Assembly (NCBI GenBank): GCA_963665235.2
Contig: CAXXLX010000001.1
Span: 448,001 to 512,000, forward strand
Length of the DNA stretch: 64,000 nt
Direction of reading: 5' to 3'
DNA from: Candidatus Poribacteria bacterium
Lineage (GTDB): Bacteria; Poribacteria; WGA-4E; WGA-3G
The position numbers were made by a program, and so were the translations under genes. Shown one piece after another: positions 53,107 to 62,176 of the stretch. The notes under the pieces are model-generated. The model saw nothing but the letters and a program-made list of their open reading frames with translations, had not been told where the DNA came from and did no database searches. The number at the start of each line of letters is the position of its first letter. The first letter of the stretch is position 1.

Positions 53107-54351
53107 ATGCAAATAACACAAGGAATTAGCGTCGGGCTCTCCGCATTGAAGCGGAACAAATTGCGGTCAGTACTCACAACGCTCGGAATTATTATCGGTA
53201 TCGCCGCCGTCGTTGCTGTCGTCTCCGTTGGCGGCGGCGCGGAACATCTCACCCTAGCCGAATTTGAACGAATCGGCGGAGCAACAATGATTGTCTGCTT
53301 CCGACAAGATTTTATTAGAAGAGATGATGGTAAATACGTCCGAAATACACACCCAGCGTACATTGAGTATGAAGATGTCGAATTTGTCCTAAAAAACTGC
53401 CCGACTATCGTAAATGTGTCCGCCGACTACGGAGCAATCGACTTTCCCGTGAGACGCGGATACAACGTACGCTCACTCCAAGTCGAAGGCGTTACCACGT
53501 CATACCAAGAGGTCCATAACTGGTACGTTGAAACCGGAAGATTCCTTGATCAGAAAGATTTGGACAGAAGAGATACCGTCTGTGTTATCGGGTCAGAAGC
53601 ACGAAAGCAGCTCTTTAAACGGGACGACCCAATCGGACAAGAAATAAAAATTAACACAGAAAGGTTCACCGTCATCGGCGTTATGGAGGAGAAAGGCGAT
53701 AAAATGGCGAGCACAGGATGGGATAATCGGGTCATTATTCCGTTCTCTACGATGAAGATTCGCTTCATCGGACAACGAAAACACGGAATCGCCTTCTACA
53801 CACAAGCCGCAAGCTTCGAACAAGTTGAACAGGGCCTCGCTGAACTCAAGGTCGCTATGCGGCAACAACACGGGTCCGAAAAATACTTTGAATACTTCAC
53901 CGCTAAAGAAATCATAAAGGAGGTCGGGCATGTAAGCCGCATCATTCAAGTGCTGCTTGGCGGAGTCGCAAGTATTGCCCTATTCGTTGGCGGTATCGGC
54001 ATCATGAATATTATGCTGGTCTCCGTAACAGAACGTACCCGCGAAATCGGTTTACGCAAGGCTATTGGCGCGAGACGACGCGACATCCTAATTCAATTTC
54101 TGATTGAAGCCATTGTTCTAAGTATTTGTGGCGGCCTCGTCGGTATTTTAATCGGTAGCACCCTCGCCTCCGGCGCAGGATGGATTATCTCAAAATTCCT
54201 GATTAAAGATGCAAGTTGGCCCGCAATTGTATCCATCCAAGCCGCTTTAATCGCATTCGGTGTTTCCGCGTTCATCGGCATATTTTTCGGAATCTATCCA
54301 GCAAACAAGGCGGCAAACCTCACACCAACGGAGGCACTCCGCCACGAGTAA
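53107..54351 (+). CDS. MacB/FtsX-like ABC transporter permease
   Basis: RSVLTTLGIIIG, GGIGIMNIMLVSVTERTREIGLRKAIGA. Confidence 0.92.
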   Translation: MQITQGISVGLSALKRNKLRSVLTTLGIIIGIAAVVAVVSVGGGAEHLTLAEFERIGGATMIVCFRQDFIRRDDGKYVRNTHPAYIEYEDVEFVLKNCPTIVNVSADYGAIDFPVRRGYNVRSLQVEGVTTSYQEVHNWYVETGRFLDQKDLDRRDTVCVIGSEARKQLFKRDDPIGQEIKINTERFTVIGVMEEKGDKMASTGWDNRVIIPFSTMKIRFIGQRKHGIAFYTQAASFEQVEQGLAELKVAMRQQHGSEKYFEYFTAKEIIKEVGHVSRIIQVLLGGVASIALFVGGIGIMNIMLVSVTERTREIGLRKAIGARRRDILIQFLIEAIVLSICGGLVGILIGSTLASGAGWIISKFLIKDASWPAIVSIQAALIAFGVSAFIGIFFGIYPANKAANLTPTEALRHE

Positions 54352-54369
54352 AGTCCATAAGGAGATACC

Positions 54370-55404
54370 ATGAAAAATAAAACAAAAAAAGTACGCGCTG
54401 CTGTCATCGGACTCGGTTGGCCCGGGATGCAGCATCTCAAAGGTTACACAGTTGACCCCCGTTCAGAGGTCATCGCTGTTTGTGACCTCGATGAAAAACG
54501 CACCGAAGAGGTCGCGAAGGAACATAACATCCCGAATACCTATACAAACCATCTGGAGATGTTAGAAAATAGAGATATCGATGCCGTTAGCGTCTGTCTA
54601 CCGAATTTCCTACATGCACCTATCTCTATTGACGCGCTAAATGCTGGCAAACATGTCCTTTGCGAAAAACCCCCTGCCCGAAGTGCAACTGAAGCCAAAG
54701 CGATGGCTGATGCAGCAACTGAAAACGGAAAGACCTTAATGTACGCACTCGTACAACGGTTCGGTGGTAACAGTCAAAAACTGAAGCAGCTAATTCAGGA
54801 TGGCGAACTCGGCGACGTTTATTTCGGTAAAGCGGCTTACGTCCGCCGCCGTGGCATCCCCATCGGCAAAGAGGGATGGTTCGTCGATAAAGAACGCGCC
54901 GGCGGCGGTGCCCTCATTGACATCGGCGTACATGCATTAGACTGTATTTGGTGGCTAATGAACTCCCCGAAACCGGTCGAAATTATGGGCGCGACCTATT
55001 CTCACTTCAAACACCTGGTCCCCGATAATATCAAATACGATGTTGACGATGCAACCTTTGCCCAAATCCACTTTGAAAACGGTGCCACTATTGTCCTTGA
55101 AACTACATGGGCACTCAACCTCCCAGGGGACAACTACATAAGAATAGCAGGAACGAAAGCAGGCGCGAGCCTCAACCCGTTCACCCTTTACACCGAAGAA
55201 GACGGAAAACAGGTAGATAAATCGCTCGAGGCACCATCAATTAACAGTTTTGACGAAGAGGTGAAACATTTCGTGGCGTGCATAGTGGAGGAAACAGAGC
55301 CCATCCCTTCAGCGGAACAGGGGATTATGTTGATGCAGATGCTTGACGGTATTTATGAATCCGCAAAGACAGGACAATCTGTCCATATCACCGACCTGAG
55401 CTGA
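54370..55404 (+). CDS. Gfo/Idh/MocA oxidoreductase
   Basis: IGLGWPG, HVLCEKP, GGALIDIGVH. Confidence 0.9.
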   Translation: MKNKTKKVRAAVIGLGWPGMQHLKGYTVDPRSEVIAVCDLDEKRTEEVAKEHNIPNTYTNHLEMLENRDIDAVSVCLPNFLHAPISIDALNAGKHVLCEKPPARSATEAKAMADAATENGKTLMYALVQRFGGNSQKLKQLIQDGELGDVYFGKAAYVRRRGIPIGKEGWFVDKERAGGGALIDIGVHALDCIWWLMNSPKPVEIMGATYSHFKHLVPDNIKYDVDDATFAQIHFENGATIVLETTWALNLPGDNYIRIAGTKAGASLNPFTLYTEEDGKQVDKSLEAPSINSFDEEVKHFVACIVEETEPIPSAEQGIMLMQMLDGIYESAKTGQSVHITDLS

Positions 55405-55467
55405 AAATTTTACGCTTTTAAAAAAAGGTTGACAACTGTCGAAATTTAAGATATGATGTCATTGTAA

Positions 55468-55951
55468 TACCATTTCTAATTGAAAATGTCTCTTTATTGT
55501 AGCATAAACTTCCAGTTTGTGCCTTGTAGCATAAACTTCCAGTTTGTGCCTTGTAGCATAAACTTCCAGTTTGTGCCTTGTAGCATAAACTTCCCTTGTA
55601 GCATAAACTTCCAGTTTGTGCCTTGTAGCATAAACTTCCAGTTTGTGCCTTGTAGCATAAACTTCCAGTTTGTGCCTTGTAGCATAAACTTCCAGTTTGT
55701 GCCTTGTAGCATAAACTTCCAGTTTGTGCCTTGTAGCATAAACTTCCAGTTTGTGCCTTGTAGCATAAACTTCCAGTTTGTGCCTTGTAGCATAAACAGT
55801 TTGTGCCTTGTAGCATAAACTTCCAGTTTGTGCCTTGTAGCATAAACTTCCAGTTTGTGCGTTATTGTAGCATAAACTTTTAGTTTGGGTCTTCCGTTCT
55901 CCGTTTCATTTCTAACAACCGGTAATGATAGAATAATTAATAAAAATGGTA
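55468..55951. mobile_element. Family C MITE with 15 REP units (27-bp period)
   Basis: Both TIRs, TAA flanks, two internally deleted units, degenerate last unit. Confidence 0.88.
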
Positions 55952-55991
55952 TAAGTAAACTGTAAGAGTATGTCAGAATTTTAAAAAAAAG

Positions 55992-56020
55992 TTGACAATT
56001 TTCGAAATTTAAGATATAAT
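55992..56020 (+). promoter_or_regulatory. Consensus sigma70 promoter
   Basis: TTGACA-17-TATAAT; homologous copies at 58796-58824 and ~55429-55457 (TATGAT). Confidence 0.8.
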
Positions 56021-56045
56021 GTCCTTGTAAATCATACTTTTATTT

Positions 56046-56552
56046 GGGGTTTGACAATGAAAAACCGACAAGCACAATCGCTATTGAGAAAAGAACGTAG
56101 TAGATGCCTTCGAGCTAGGCAGGATTGTCCGCGCAGAATACCTATCGGTTTCTACATTAACTTTCCGTTAAACCCCCCCCTTAATAAATTTTCTTATTTG
56201 TTAATTATTTTACGTCGTATTGCAGGATTTAAAATCTGCGATATTTCGCGCCCGCACGTACTTCGTCCACGACGAAGTGTACAGTTGCGGGCTTTTGTTG
56301 TTGCATCGGAGTGTACTTCCGTTCCGCATCTGTACCGTGCGTGACAGCGGAATATAATAGGACAGTACACATCGAACAAAACAAATTTAAGGTCTCTGTC
56401 CATTAAACTGTCTGATATAACAGTGTTTAAGGAACTTGATAGTTCACGTAATACTGTTCAATTAGATAACCGAGACCTAATTTACGACACCTTGGAACCG
56501 AGGGAAATCTGTAAATCCCTTTGTGTACCAAAACTATAAGGAGAAATTCTAA
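56046..56552 (+). ncRNA. Candidate structured 5' leader RNA, copy 1
   Basis: Homologous to 58884-59384; GGGGTTTGAC pairs with GTTAAACCCC; ends in RBS AAGGAGA. Confidence 0.5.
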
Positions 56553-57002
56553 GTCAATAACCCCCCGCTAAAGCGTGGGGGCTTGTCCAAGATGGTAGCC
56601 ACCCTGTAACTTGGGTGAGGGCAACTTATTGACTACCGTAATATATCGCGATATCGAGGCGTGGCAGCCTCAACGTATCCATTAAAACGCTATAGTCAAG
56701 TGGTAGTTTCTATAGCTAGGTCCTGCTCCCCAAGGGTTGGGTTCATGCGGGTATCGTGATCGGGATGGGGCAATATACACTCCGAAAGGAGACTTACCTG
56801 TTTTCTCAAAGATACCGTGTCAGGTCAAGTAAACAGAAAGTGCGAGTTCTGTTGAACGAAGCAGCACAGTTTGCGAGGAGCGCCTACGGGAAACTTGTGG
56901 CGAAAAAACAACCCGACTCCCCTTTGGGGGAAATCTAAAACGAATAGGAGCGGTGTTTCCTCCCCCGCATAAATGCTGGGGGTTTCCACACCGAATATTT
57001 TG
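56553..57002 (+). mobile_element. HEARO/IscB omegaRNA-like non-autonomous element
   Basis: Starts GTCAATAACCCCCCGCTAAAGCGTGGGGGCTTG, ends TTTCCTCCCCCGCATAAATGCTGGGGGTTTCC...TTG|ATGA; absent from the paralogous leader. Confidence 0.78.
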
Positions 57003-57698
57003 ATGAAAATTATGTTAGTATTAGCAGGATTTATGTTGATGATAGCCTTTGTTATTATCAGCACAAGCGACATGGTATGGGCGGAGGAAGTCTTGGGAAC
57101 AGGAACCGGCTCACTGATAGGCGGCGACCTAACCGACCCAGAAGACGATGGTCAACCTGAAACAGATGACGGTTACAACGCTGTTTTCACAGCCAACGAA
57201 GAACCCGGTTTCGGGGGCGGGGAATCTGCGTTTAACGTCTTCGATAACCGCCTTGGCCCCGGCAATGACAAATGGTGCTGCGGACGTGGCGGCGGCATTC
57301 CGGACGAAGGTCTACACGTGACAGCTGAATTTGACGAGCCGTACGCATTGACACACTTCACCGTATCCTCAGCGAACGATGTTCCTAATAGGGACCCTAC
57401 AGAATGGGAAATTCAGGGGTCGAACGACGGCAAAGAATTCACGACCATCTTTTCTCACAAGGGGGATAGCTTCTGGGATCAGCGACTGCAAGTCGTCCTT
57501 TTTAAGGCTGGAAAAGATTACGACGTTCAAAAAATCGGGTACAAGTTTTTCCGGCATGTTACTTTTAACACCGCAGCGAACCCGGCTGGAGCGTACTTTC
57601 AAATTGGCGAAATAGAGTACTTCGGCGATGATAGTTATCCCGTAGACCCTAGAACCAAGCTCACAACCACATGGGGAAGCATCAAAAACGCCCGATAA
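57003..57698 (+). CDS. Secreted discoidin/F5-8-like protein with TTWGSIK tail
   Basis: Signal peptide, SANDVPNRDPTEWEIQGSNDG, QIGEIEY. Confidence 0.8.
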   Translation: MKIMLVLAGFMLMIAFVIISTSDMVWAEEVLGTGTGSLIGGDLTDPEDDGQPETDDGYNAVFTANEEPGFGGGESAFNVFDNRLGPGNDKWCCGRGGGIPDEGLHVTAEFDEPYALTHFTVSSANDVPNRDPTEWEIQGSNDGKEFTTIFSHKGDSFWDQRLQVVLFKAGKDYDVQKIGYKFFRHVTFNTAANPAGAYFQIGEIEYFGDDSYPVDPRTKLTTTWGSIKNAR

Positions 57699-57932
57699 GC
57701 ACAAATATCTGACATTTCTAAATCGGCTTGAATCCAGTAATAACTGGGTTTAAGCCGATTTCCACACAGGTGTCCAATCAGAAACACCCACACTCGGCAT
57801 TAGACTATTTGACACCTATCGAATTTCAACGACAAAACTGCACAAACATTAATAAAGATTGGTATGGTAATGGGTGCAGTTTATTCAAACTCACGTAAAA
57901 GTGAGATTCATTTCTATAGGAGATGGCACATT

Positions 57933-58631
57933 ATGAAAATTATGTTAGTATTAGCAGGATTTGTGTTGATGATAGGCTTTCTTGTTATCGGCACAAGCGA
58001 CATGGCATGGGCAGAGGAAGTCTTGGGAACAGGAACAGCCTCGCTGCTAGGAGGTGACCTAACCGACCCAGAAGACGATGGTAGTCCCGATGCAGACGAA
58101 GGTTACAACGCCATTTTCACAGCCAATGAAGAACCCGGTTTCGGGGGCGGCGAATTTTCCTTTAACGTCTTTGATAACCGCCTTGGCGGCGGCAATGACA
58201 AATGGTGCTGCGGACGTGGTGGCGGCATTCCGGACGAAGGCCTACACATAACAGCTGAACTTGAAGATCCGTATGTATTGACACACTTCACCGTATCCTC
58301 AGCGAACGATGTTCCCGCAAGAGACCCTACAGAATGGGAAGTTCAGGGCTCGAACGACGGCGAAGACTTTACGACCATCTTTTCTCACTCCGGGGATAGC
58401 TTTTGGACTGCGCGACTGCAAGTCGTCCTTTTTGAGGCTGGAAAAGATTACGACGCTCAAACCACCGCGTATCGGTTTTTTCGGCATGTTACCTTTAACA
58501 CCGCATCGAACCCAGCTGGAGCGTACTTTCAAATTGGCGAAATTGAATACTTCGGCGCTGATAGTTCGACCGCTGTAGACGCTAAAGCCAAGCTCACAAC
58601 CACATGGGGAAGCATCAAAAACGCCCGATAA
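57933..58631 (+). CDS. Tandem paralog of the upstream discoidin-like protein
   Basis: Highly similar sequence, RBS AGGAG, same tail. Confidence 0.8.
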   Translation: MKIMLVLAGFVLMIGFLVIGTSDMAWAEEVLGTGTASLLGGDLTDPEDDGSPDADEGYNAIFTANEEPGFGGGEFSFNVFDNRLGGGNDKWCCGRGGGIPDEGLHITAELEDPYVLTHFTVSSANDVPARDPTEWEVQGSNDGEDFTTIFSHSGDSFWTARLQVVLFEAGKDYDAQTTAYRFFRHVTFNTASNPAGAYFQIGEIEYFGADSSTAVDAKAKLTTTWGSIKNAR

Positions 58632-58653
58632 GCACAAATATCTAACACTTCCT

Positions 58654-58698
58654 AAAACGGCTTGAATCCAGTAATAACTGGGTTTAAGCCGTTTTTTT
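58654..58698 (+). terminator. Intrinsic terminator
   Basis: CGGCTTGAATCCAGT-aata-ACTGGGTTTAAGCCG plus T tract; the paralogous hairpin at ~57724-57760 lacks the long T tract. Confidence 0.75.
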
Positions 58699-58795
58699 AT
58701 ATCCACTTGAAACCGTGAGGGTGAAAACTTTTTTCAAACTCGCGTTTTTGATAAATAAATCGTCCGGCTGAAAATTTGACGATTTCAAAAAAAGG

Positions 58796-58824
58796 TTGAC
58801 AACTGCCGAAATTTAAGATATAAT
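58796..58824 (+). promoter_or_regulatory. Consensus sigma70 promoter
   Basis: TTGACA-17-TATAAT. Confidence 0.8.
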
Positions 58825-58883
58825 GTCTTTGTAAATTGTATGAGCGGAAAACTTTGTTACCGCATATCTCATTTTTCATATCC

Positions 58884-59384
58884 GGGGTTTGACAATGCAA
58901 AACCGACAAGCGACATCACTATCCAGAAATGAACGCAATAGATGCCTTCGAGCTAGGCAGGATTGTCCGCGCAGGGTGCCTATTGATTTTAGCGTATCGT
59001 TAAACCCCCCCCTTAATAAATTTTCTTACTCGTTAATTATTTTACGTATCGCAGGATTTAAAATCTGTGATATTTCGCGCCCGCACGTCCTTACGTCCTT
59101 CGTCTATCACGAAGTACTTGCGGGCTTTTGTTATTGCATTGGAGCGTACTTCTGTTCCGCATCCGTACCATGCGTGCCAGCGGGATATAATAGGACAGTA
59201 CGCCTCGAACGAAACAAATCCAAGGTCTCTGTCCATTAAACTGTCTGATATAACAGTGTTTAAGAAACTTGATGGTTCACGTAATACTGCTCAAGTAGGT
59301 AACCGAGACCTAATTTACGACACTCTGGAACCGAGGGGAATCTGTAAATCCCTTCGTGTACCAAAACTATAAGGAGAAATCTAA
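58884..59384 (+). ncRNA. Candidate structured 5' leader RNA, copy 2
   Basis: Homologous to 56046-56552; leads directly to ATG 59385. Confidence 0.5.
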
Positions 59385-60230
59385 ATGAATTTCAAAGCTA
59401 TAAAAGTGGTTTGTATCCTCAGCCTCTTACTTACCTCTATTTGGTACGTAAACGCGGTTGATGCACAACTTGATGAAAACACAGTTGCTGGCATGTGGAC
59501 CTTTGAAGAAGGTGAAGGCACAGTCGTCAAAGACCTCTCCGGTAATGGAACCGATGGAGCGTTTGTTGGTAGCTTAGAATGGGTCGATGCCAAATTCGGT
59601 GGTGGGTTAAAGTTTGATGGCACAAACACTTGGATTAAACTCGGAACAAAAGGTGATGCGGATAGTTTAGCGGCTTTGCAAGTTAAGGATTTAGCAGGGT
59701 TCTCTGTCCACGCCTGGGTCTATTCGGAAGTAGCTCCAACTGGCAAATGCGTTGTTTGGAAAGGCCTTGGGTGTTCAACCTGGTCACAGTTCCGTCTGGG
59801 AACAGGTTCTCACGAAAACGGGGACAACAGTACAAAGGCATCGTTTCACATCCGAGCTGGAAACGGCGGTGCTAGGCTTGAAGTTCTCGGTGATGACCTG
59901 CCTGCTGGAGAATGGCTGCATCTCGTTGGCACCTGGGACGGAACCAAAAATCACATCTACGTCAACGGCGAACTCCAAGCATCCGCAGATGCATCACAAC
60001 CCCCTTGGGCATCCCCTGAAGAGGTCTACATCGGGGCCGACCCTGGCTGCGGTAAGCGGGGACAGTGGAACGGTATCATGGACGAAGTCGCTATCTTTAA
60101 CGTAGCACTCTCAGCCGAGCAGGTTGCAGAGCTCGGGCAAGGTCTTGACGCTGCTTTAGGAAGAGCCACACCGGTTGACCCCATCGGGAAAACAGCAACA
60201 ACCTGGGGCAAACTCAAAAATAGGAAGTAA
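59385..60230 (+). CDS. Secreted LamG-like protein with TTWGKLK tail
   Basis: WTFEEG, WLHLVGTWDG, IYVNG, GIMDEV. Confidence 0.85.
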   Translation: MNFKAIKVVCILSLLLTSIWYVNAVDAQLDENTVAGMWTFEEGEGTVVKDLSGNGTDGAFVGSLEWVDAKFGGGLKFDGTNTWIKLGTKGDADSLAALQVKDLAGFSVHAWVYSEVAPTGKCVVWKGLGCSTWSQFRLGTGSHENGDNSTKASFHIRAGNGGARLEVLGDDLPAGEWLHLVGTWDGTKNHIYVNGELQASADASQPPWASPEEVYIGADPGCGKRGQWNGIMDEVAIFNVALSAEQVAELGQGLDAALGRATPVDPIGKTATTWGKLKNRK

Positions 60231-60390
60231 CGTGCATGTGTTATGGAATAGAACGGTCTGTTTCGACGCTGTTCCAGAACATCGAAAAACTTGCTTTATG
60301 GTGAAGCGATATATAGCGTGTTCCTGTATTTTTTAGTATATTATCGACTGTTTGTTACATAGACAGTCTCAAAAAATAGGAGAAATATAG

Positions 60391-61233
60391 ATGTTTCTTT
60401 ATAAATGTTATGCGAAACTGACACTCACCGCACTTACGCTCATTTTTATCAGTTTTGCCGTGATAACAGTGCCAACTGACGCGAAAATCGACGAAGCTAC
60501 GATTGTCGGAATGTGGACCTTTGAAGAAGGAAAAGGCAATACCGTCGGCGACAGCTCAGAAAACGAGAGCGATGGCACATTTGTCGGCGATCTGAAATGG
60601 GTAAAAGGTAAATTCGGCGGTGGACTGGAGTTTAACGGAGATACGTGGGTTAAGATTGGGGAGAAGGGCAACGCAGACTCCCTAGCAGCCCTAGATTTTA
60701 AAGCCGCCGAAGGATTTTCAATTCACGCTTGGGTCTATTCTGAAGTAGCACCCGGCGGCAAATGTGTAATCTGGAAAGGACTTGGATGCTCAACCTGGTC
60801 ACAATGGCTACTCGGAACCGGGGCACATGAAAACGGGGACAACAGCGCAAGGGCAGCATTCCATATCCGCGCCGGAAACGGGGGTGCTAGAAATGAGGCA
60901 CTCGGCGCTGAACTTCCCGCAAAAGAGTGGATTCATCTCGTAGGTGTTTGGGATGGAGAAAACGTTTATGTCTACGTTAACGGTAAATTATCCGGTGAAG
61001 CCCCCGCAGCAGGCCCCCCTTGGGCTTCAGGAGAGGAAGTTTACATGGGAGCTGATCCTGGCTGTAATAAACGGTGCCTGTGGGACGGTATCATGGACGA
61101 GATTGTTATCTTCAACGTTGTACTTGCTGAAGCTGAAATTAAATCACTCGGCAATGGAATTGAAGGTGCCCTAGCTGTAGATGCCGGTGGAAAAGCAACA
61201 ACGACCTGGGGTAAACTCAAAGCTGTCAAATAG
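60391..61233 (+). CDS. Tandem LamG-like paralog with TTWGKLK tail
   Basis: Shares WKGLGCSTWSQ and GADPGC with the upstream gene. Confidence 0.85.
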   Translation: MFLYKCYAKLTLTALTLIFISFAVITVPTDAKIDEATIVGMWTFEEGKGNTVGDSSENESDGTFVGDLKWVKGKFGGGLEFNGDTWVKIGEKGNADSLAALDFKAAEGFSIHAWVYSEVAPGGKCVIWKGLGCSTWSQWLLGTGAHENGDNSARAAFHIRAGNGGARNEALGAELPAKEWIHLVGVWDGENVYVYVNGKLSGEAPAAGPPWASGEEVYMGADPGCNKRCLWDGIMDEIVIFNVVLAEAEIKSLGNGIEGALAVDAGGKATTTWGKLKAVK

Positions 61234-61370
61234 GAATCCCAGGGACATCCACTCCCTACACTAAACATGTAACGTACCGAGGATGCGATGCCTGCGAAAA
61301 CGAAGTAGGTATCGCATTCTCTACCCCTCTTCCACCCTTCCACTCTTCCCACCTTTCCCTTTCACAAAAA

Positions 61371-61600
61371 CTTTACACCCCCAACGCCTTTTCCCTTGAT
61401 TTTTCCACAGAAATTTGTTAGAATTACGTTACAAACAAATGCACAACAAATTGTGGAGACACTTATGGCATCTATTGCTGCATACGATCTTTACACCCCC
61501 AACGCCTTTTCCCTTGATTTTTCCACAGAAATTTGTTAGAATTACGTTACAAACAAATGCACAACAAATTGTGGAGACACTTATGGCATCTATTGCTGCA
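61371..61600. repeat. 112-bp duplication of promoter, RBS and first codons of the Uma2 gene
   Basis: 61371-61482 repeated at 61489-61600. Confidence 0.9.
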
Positions 61601-62176
61601 CAAACCTACGTTACGCCTGCGGAATACCTCGCTTTTGAACGTAAAGCCCCCTTCAAAAACGAATATCTTGAGGGACAAATCATCGCAATGTCGGGTGCAA
61701 GCCGCGCACATAATCGCATCACAGTGGATATAACAATTCAGCTTGGAAATCAACTGATGGCGCGTGAGTGTGAAGTTTTCGCGGGCGATATGCGCGTACG
61801 ACCGAGCCTAGAAAGCCCCGCATACTTTTACCCAGATGTCGTTGTCGTCTGTGACGAACCGCGTTTTGAGGATAATACCCTTGACACGCTCCTCAACCCA
61901 ATTCTTGTTATAGAAGTGCTTTCACCCTCAACTGCAGCTTATGACCGGGGGGAGAAATTTGAACACTATCAACAGCTGGAATCTTTGCAGGAATACATTC
62001 TCGTCGCCCAGGACCGTGTGCATGTTGAACACTATTTGCGACGAGACACCCAATGGGTTCCAGCAGAATTCCGGGAACTTGACGACGTGCTACCGCTTGT
62101 TTCAATTGAATGCACGCTGCCCTTACGTGCCATCTACAGACGCGTCATACCTACCGCACGAGGTGAAAACGTATGA
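61583..62176 (+). CDS. Uma2 family endonuclease
   Basis: Paralog of 26588-27181; start MASIAAQTY after GGAG. Confidence 0.9.
   Translation: MASIAAQTYVTPAEYLAFERKAPFKNEYLEGQIIAMSGASRAHNRITVDITIQLGNQLMARECEVFAGDMRVRPSLESPAYFYPDVVVVCDEPRFEDNTLDTLLNPILVIEVLSPSTAAYDRGEKFEHYQQLESLQEYILVAQDRVHVEHYLRRDTQWVPAEFRELDDVLPLVSIECTLPLRAIYRRVIPTARGENV

Noticed and set aside
55418-55843. Repeat ORFs such as (AQTGSLCYK)n and (MLQGTNWKF)n, also at 32834-33461
   Set aside because: They are open only because the unit length is a multiple of 3; the 32-bp arrays of the same family give no ORF.
51384-55951. 27-32 bp tandem arrays as CRISPR arrays
   Set aside because: There are no unique spacers; units are contiguous and nearly identical, and sit within MITE arms.
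56046-56180. tmRNA, tRNA or known riboswitch in the duplicated leader
   Set aside because: No tRNA-like ends, T-loop or recognisable aptamer consensus was seen; kept only as an unknown RNA candidate.
57724-57757. dif/Xer-like site
   Set aside because: Its position after a stop codon, G-U-compatible stem and the T tract in the paralogous copy fit a terminator.
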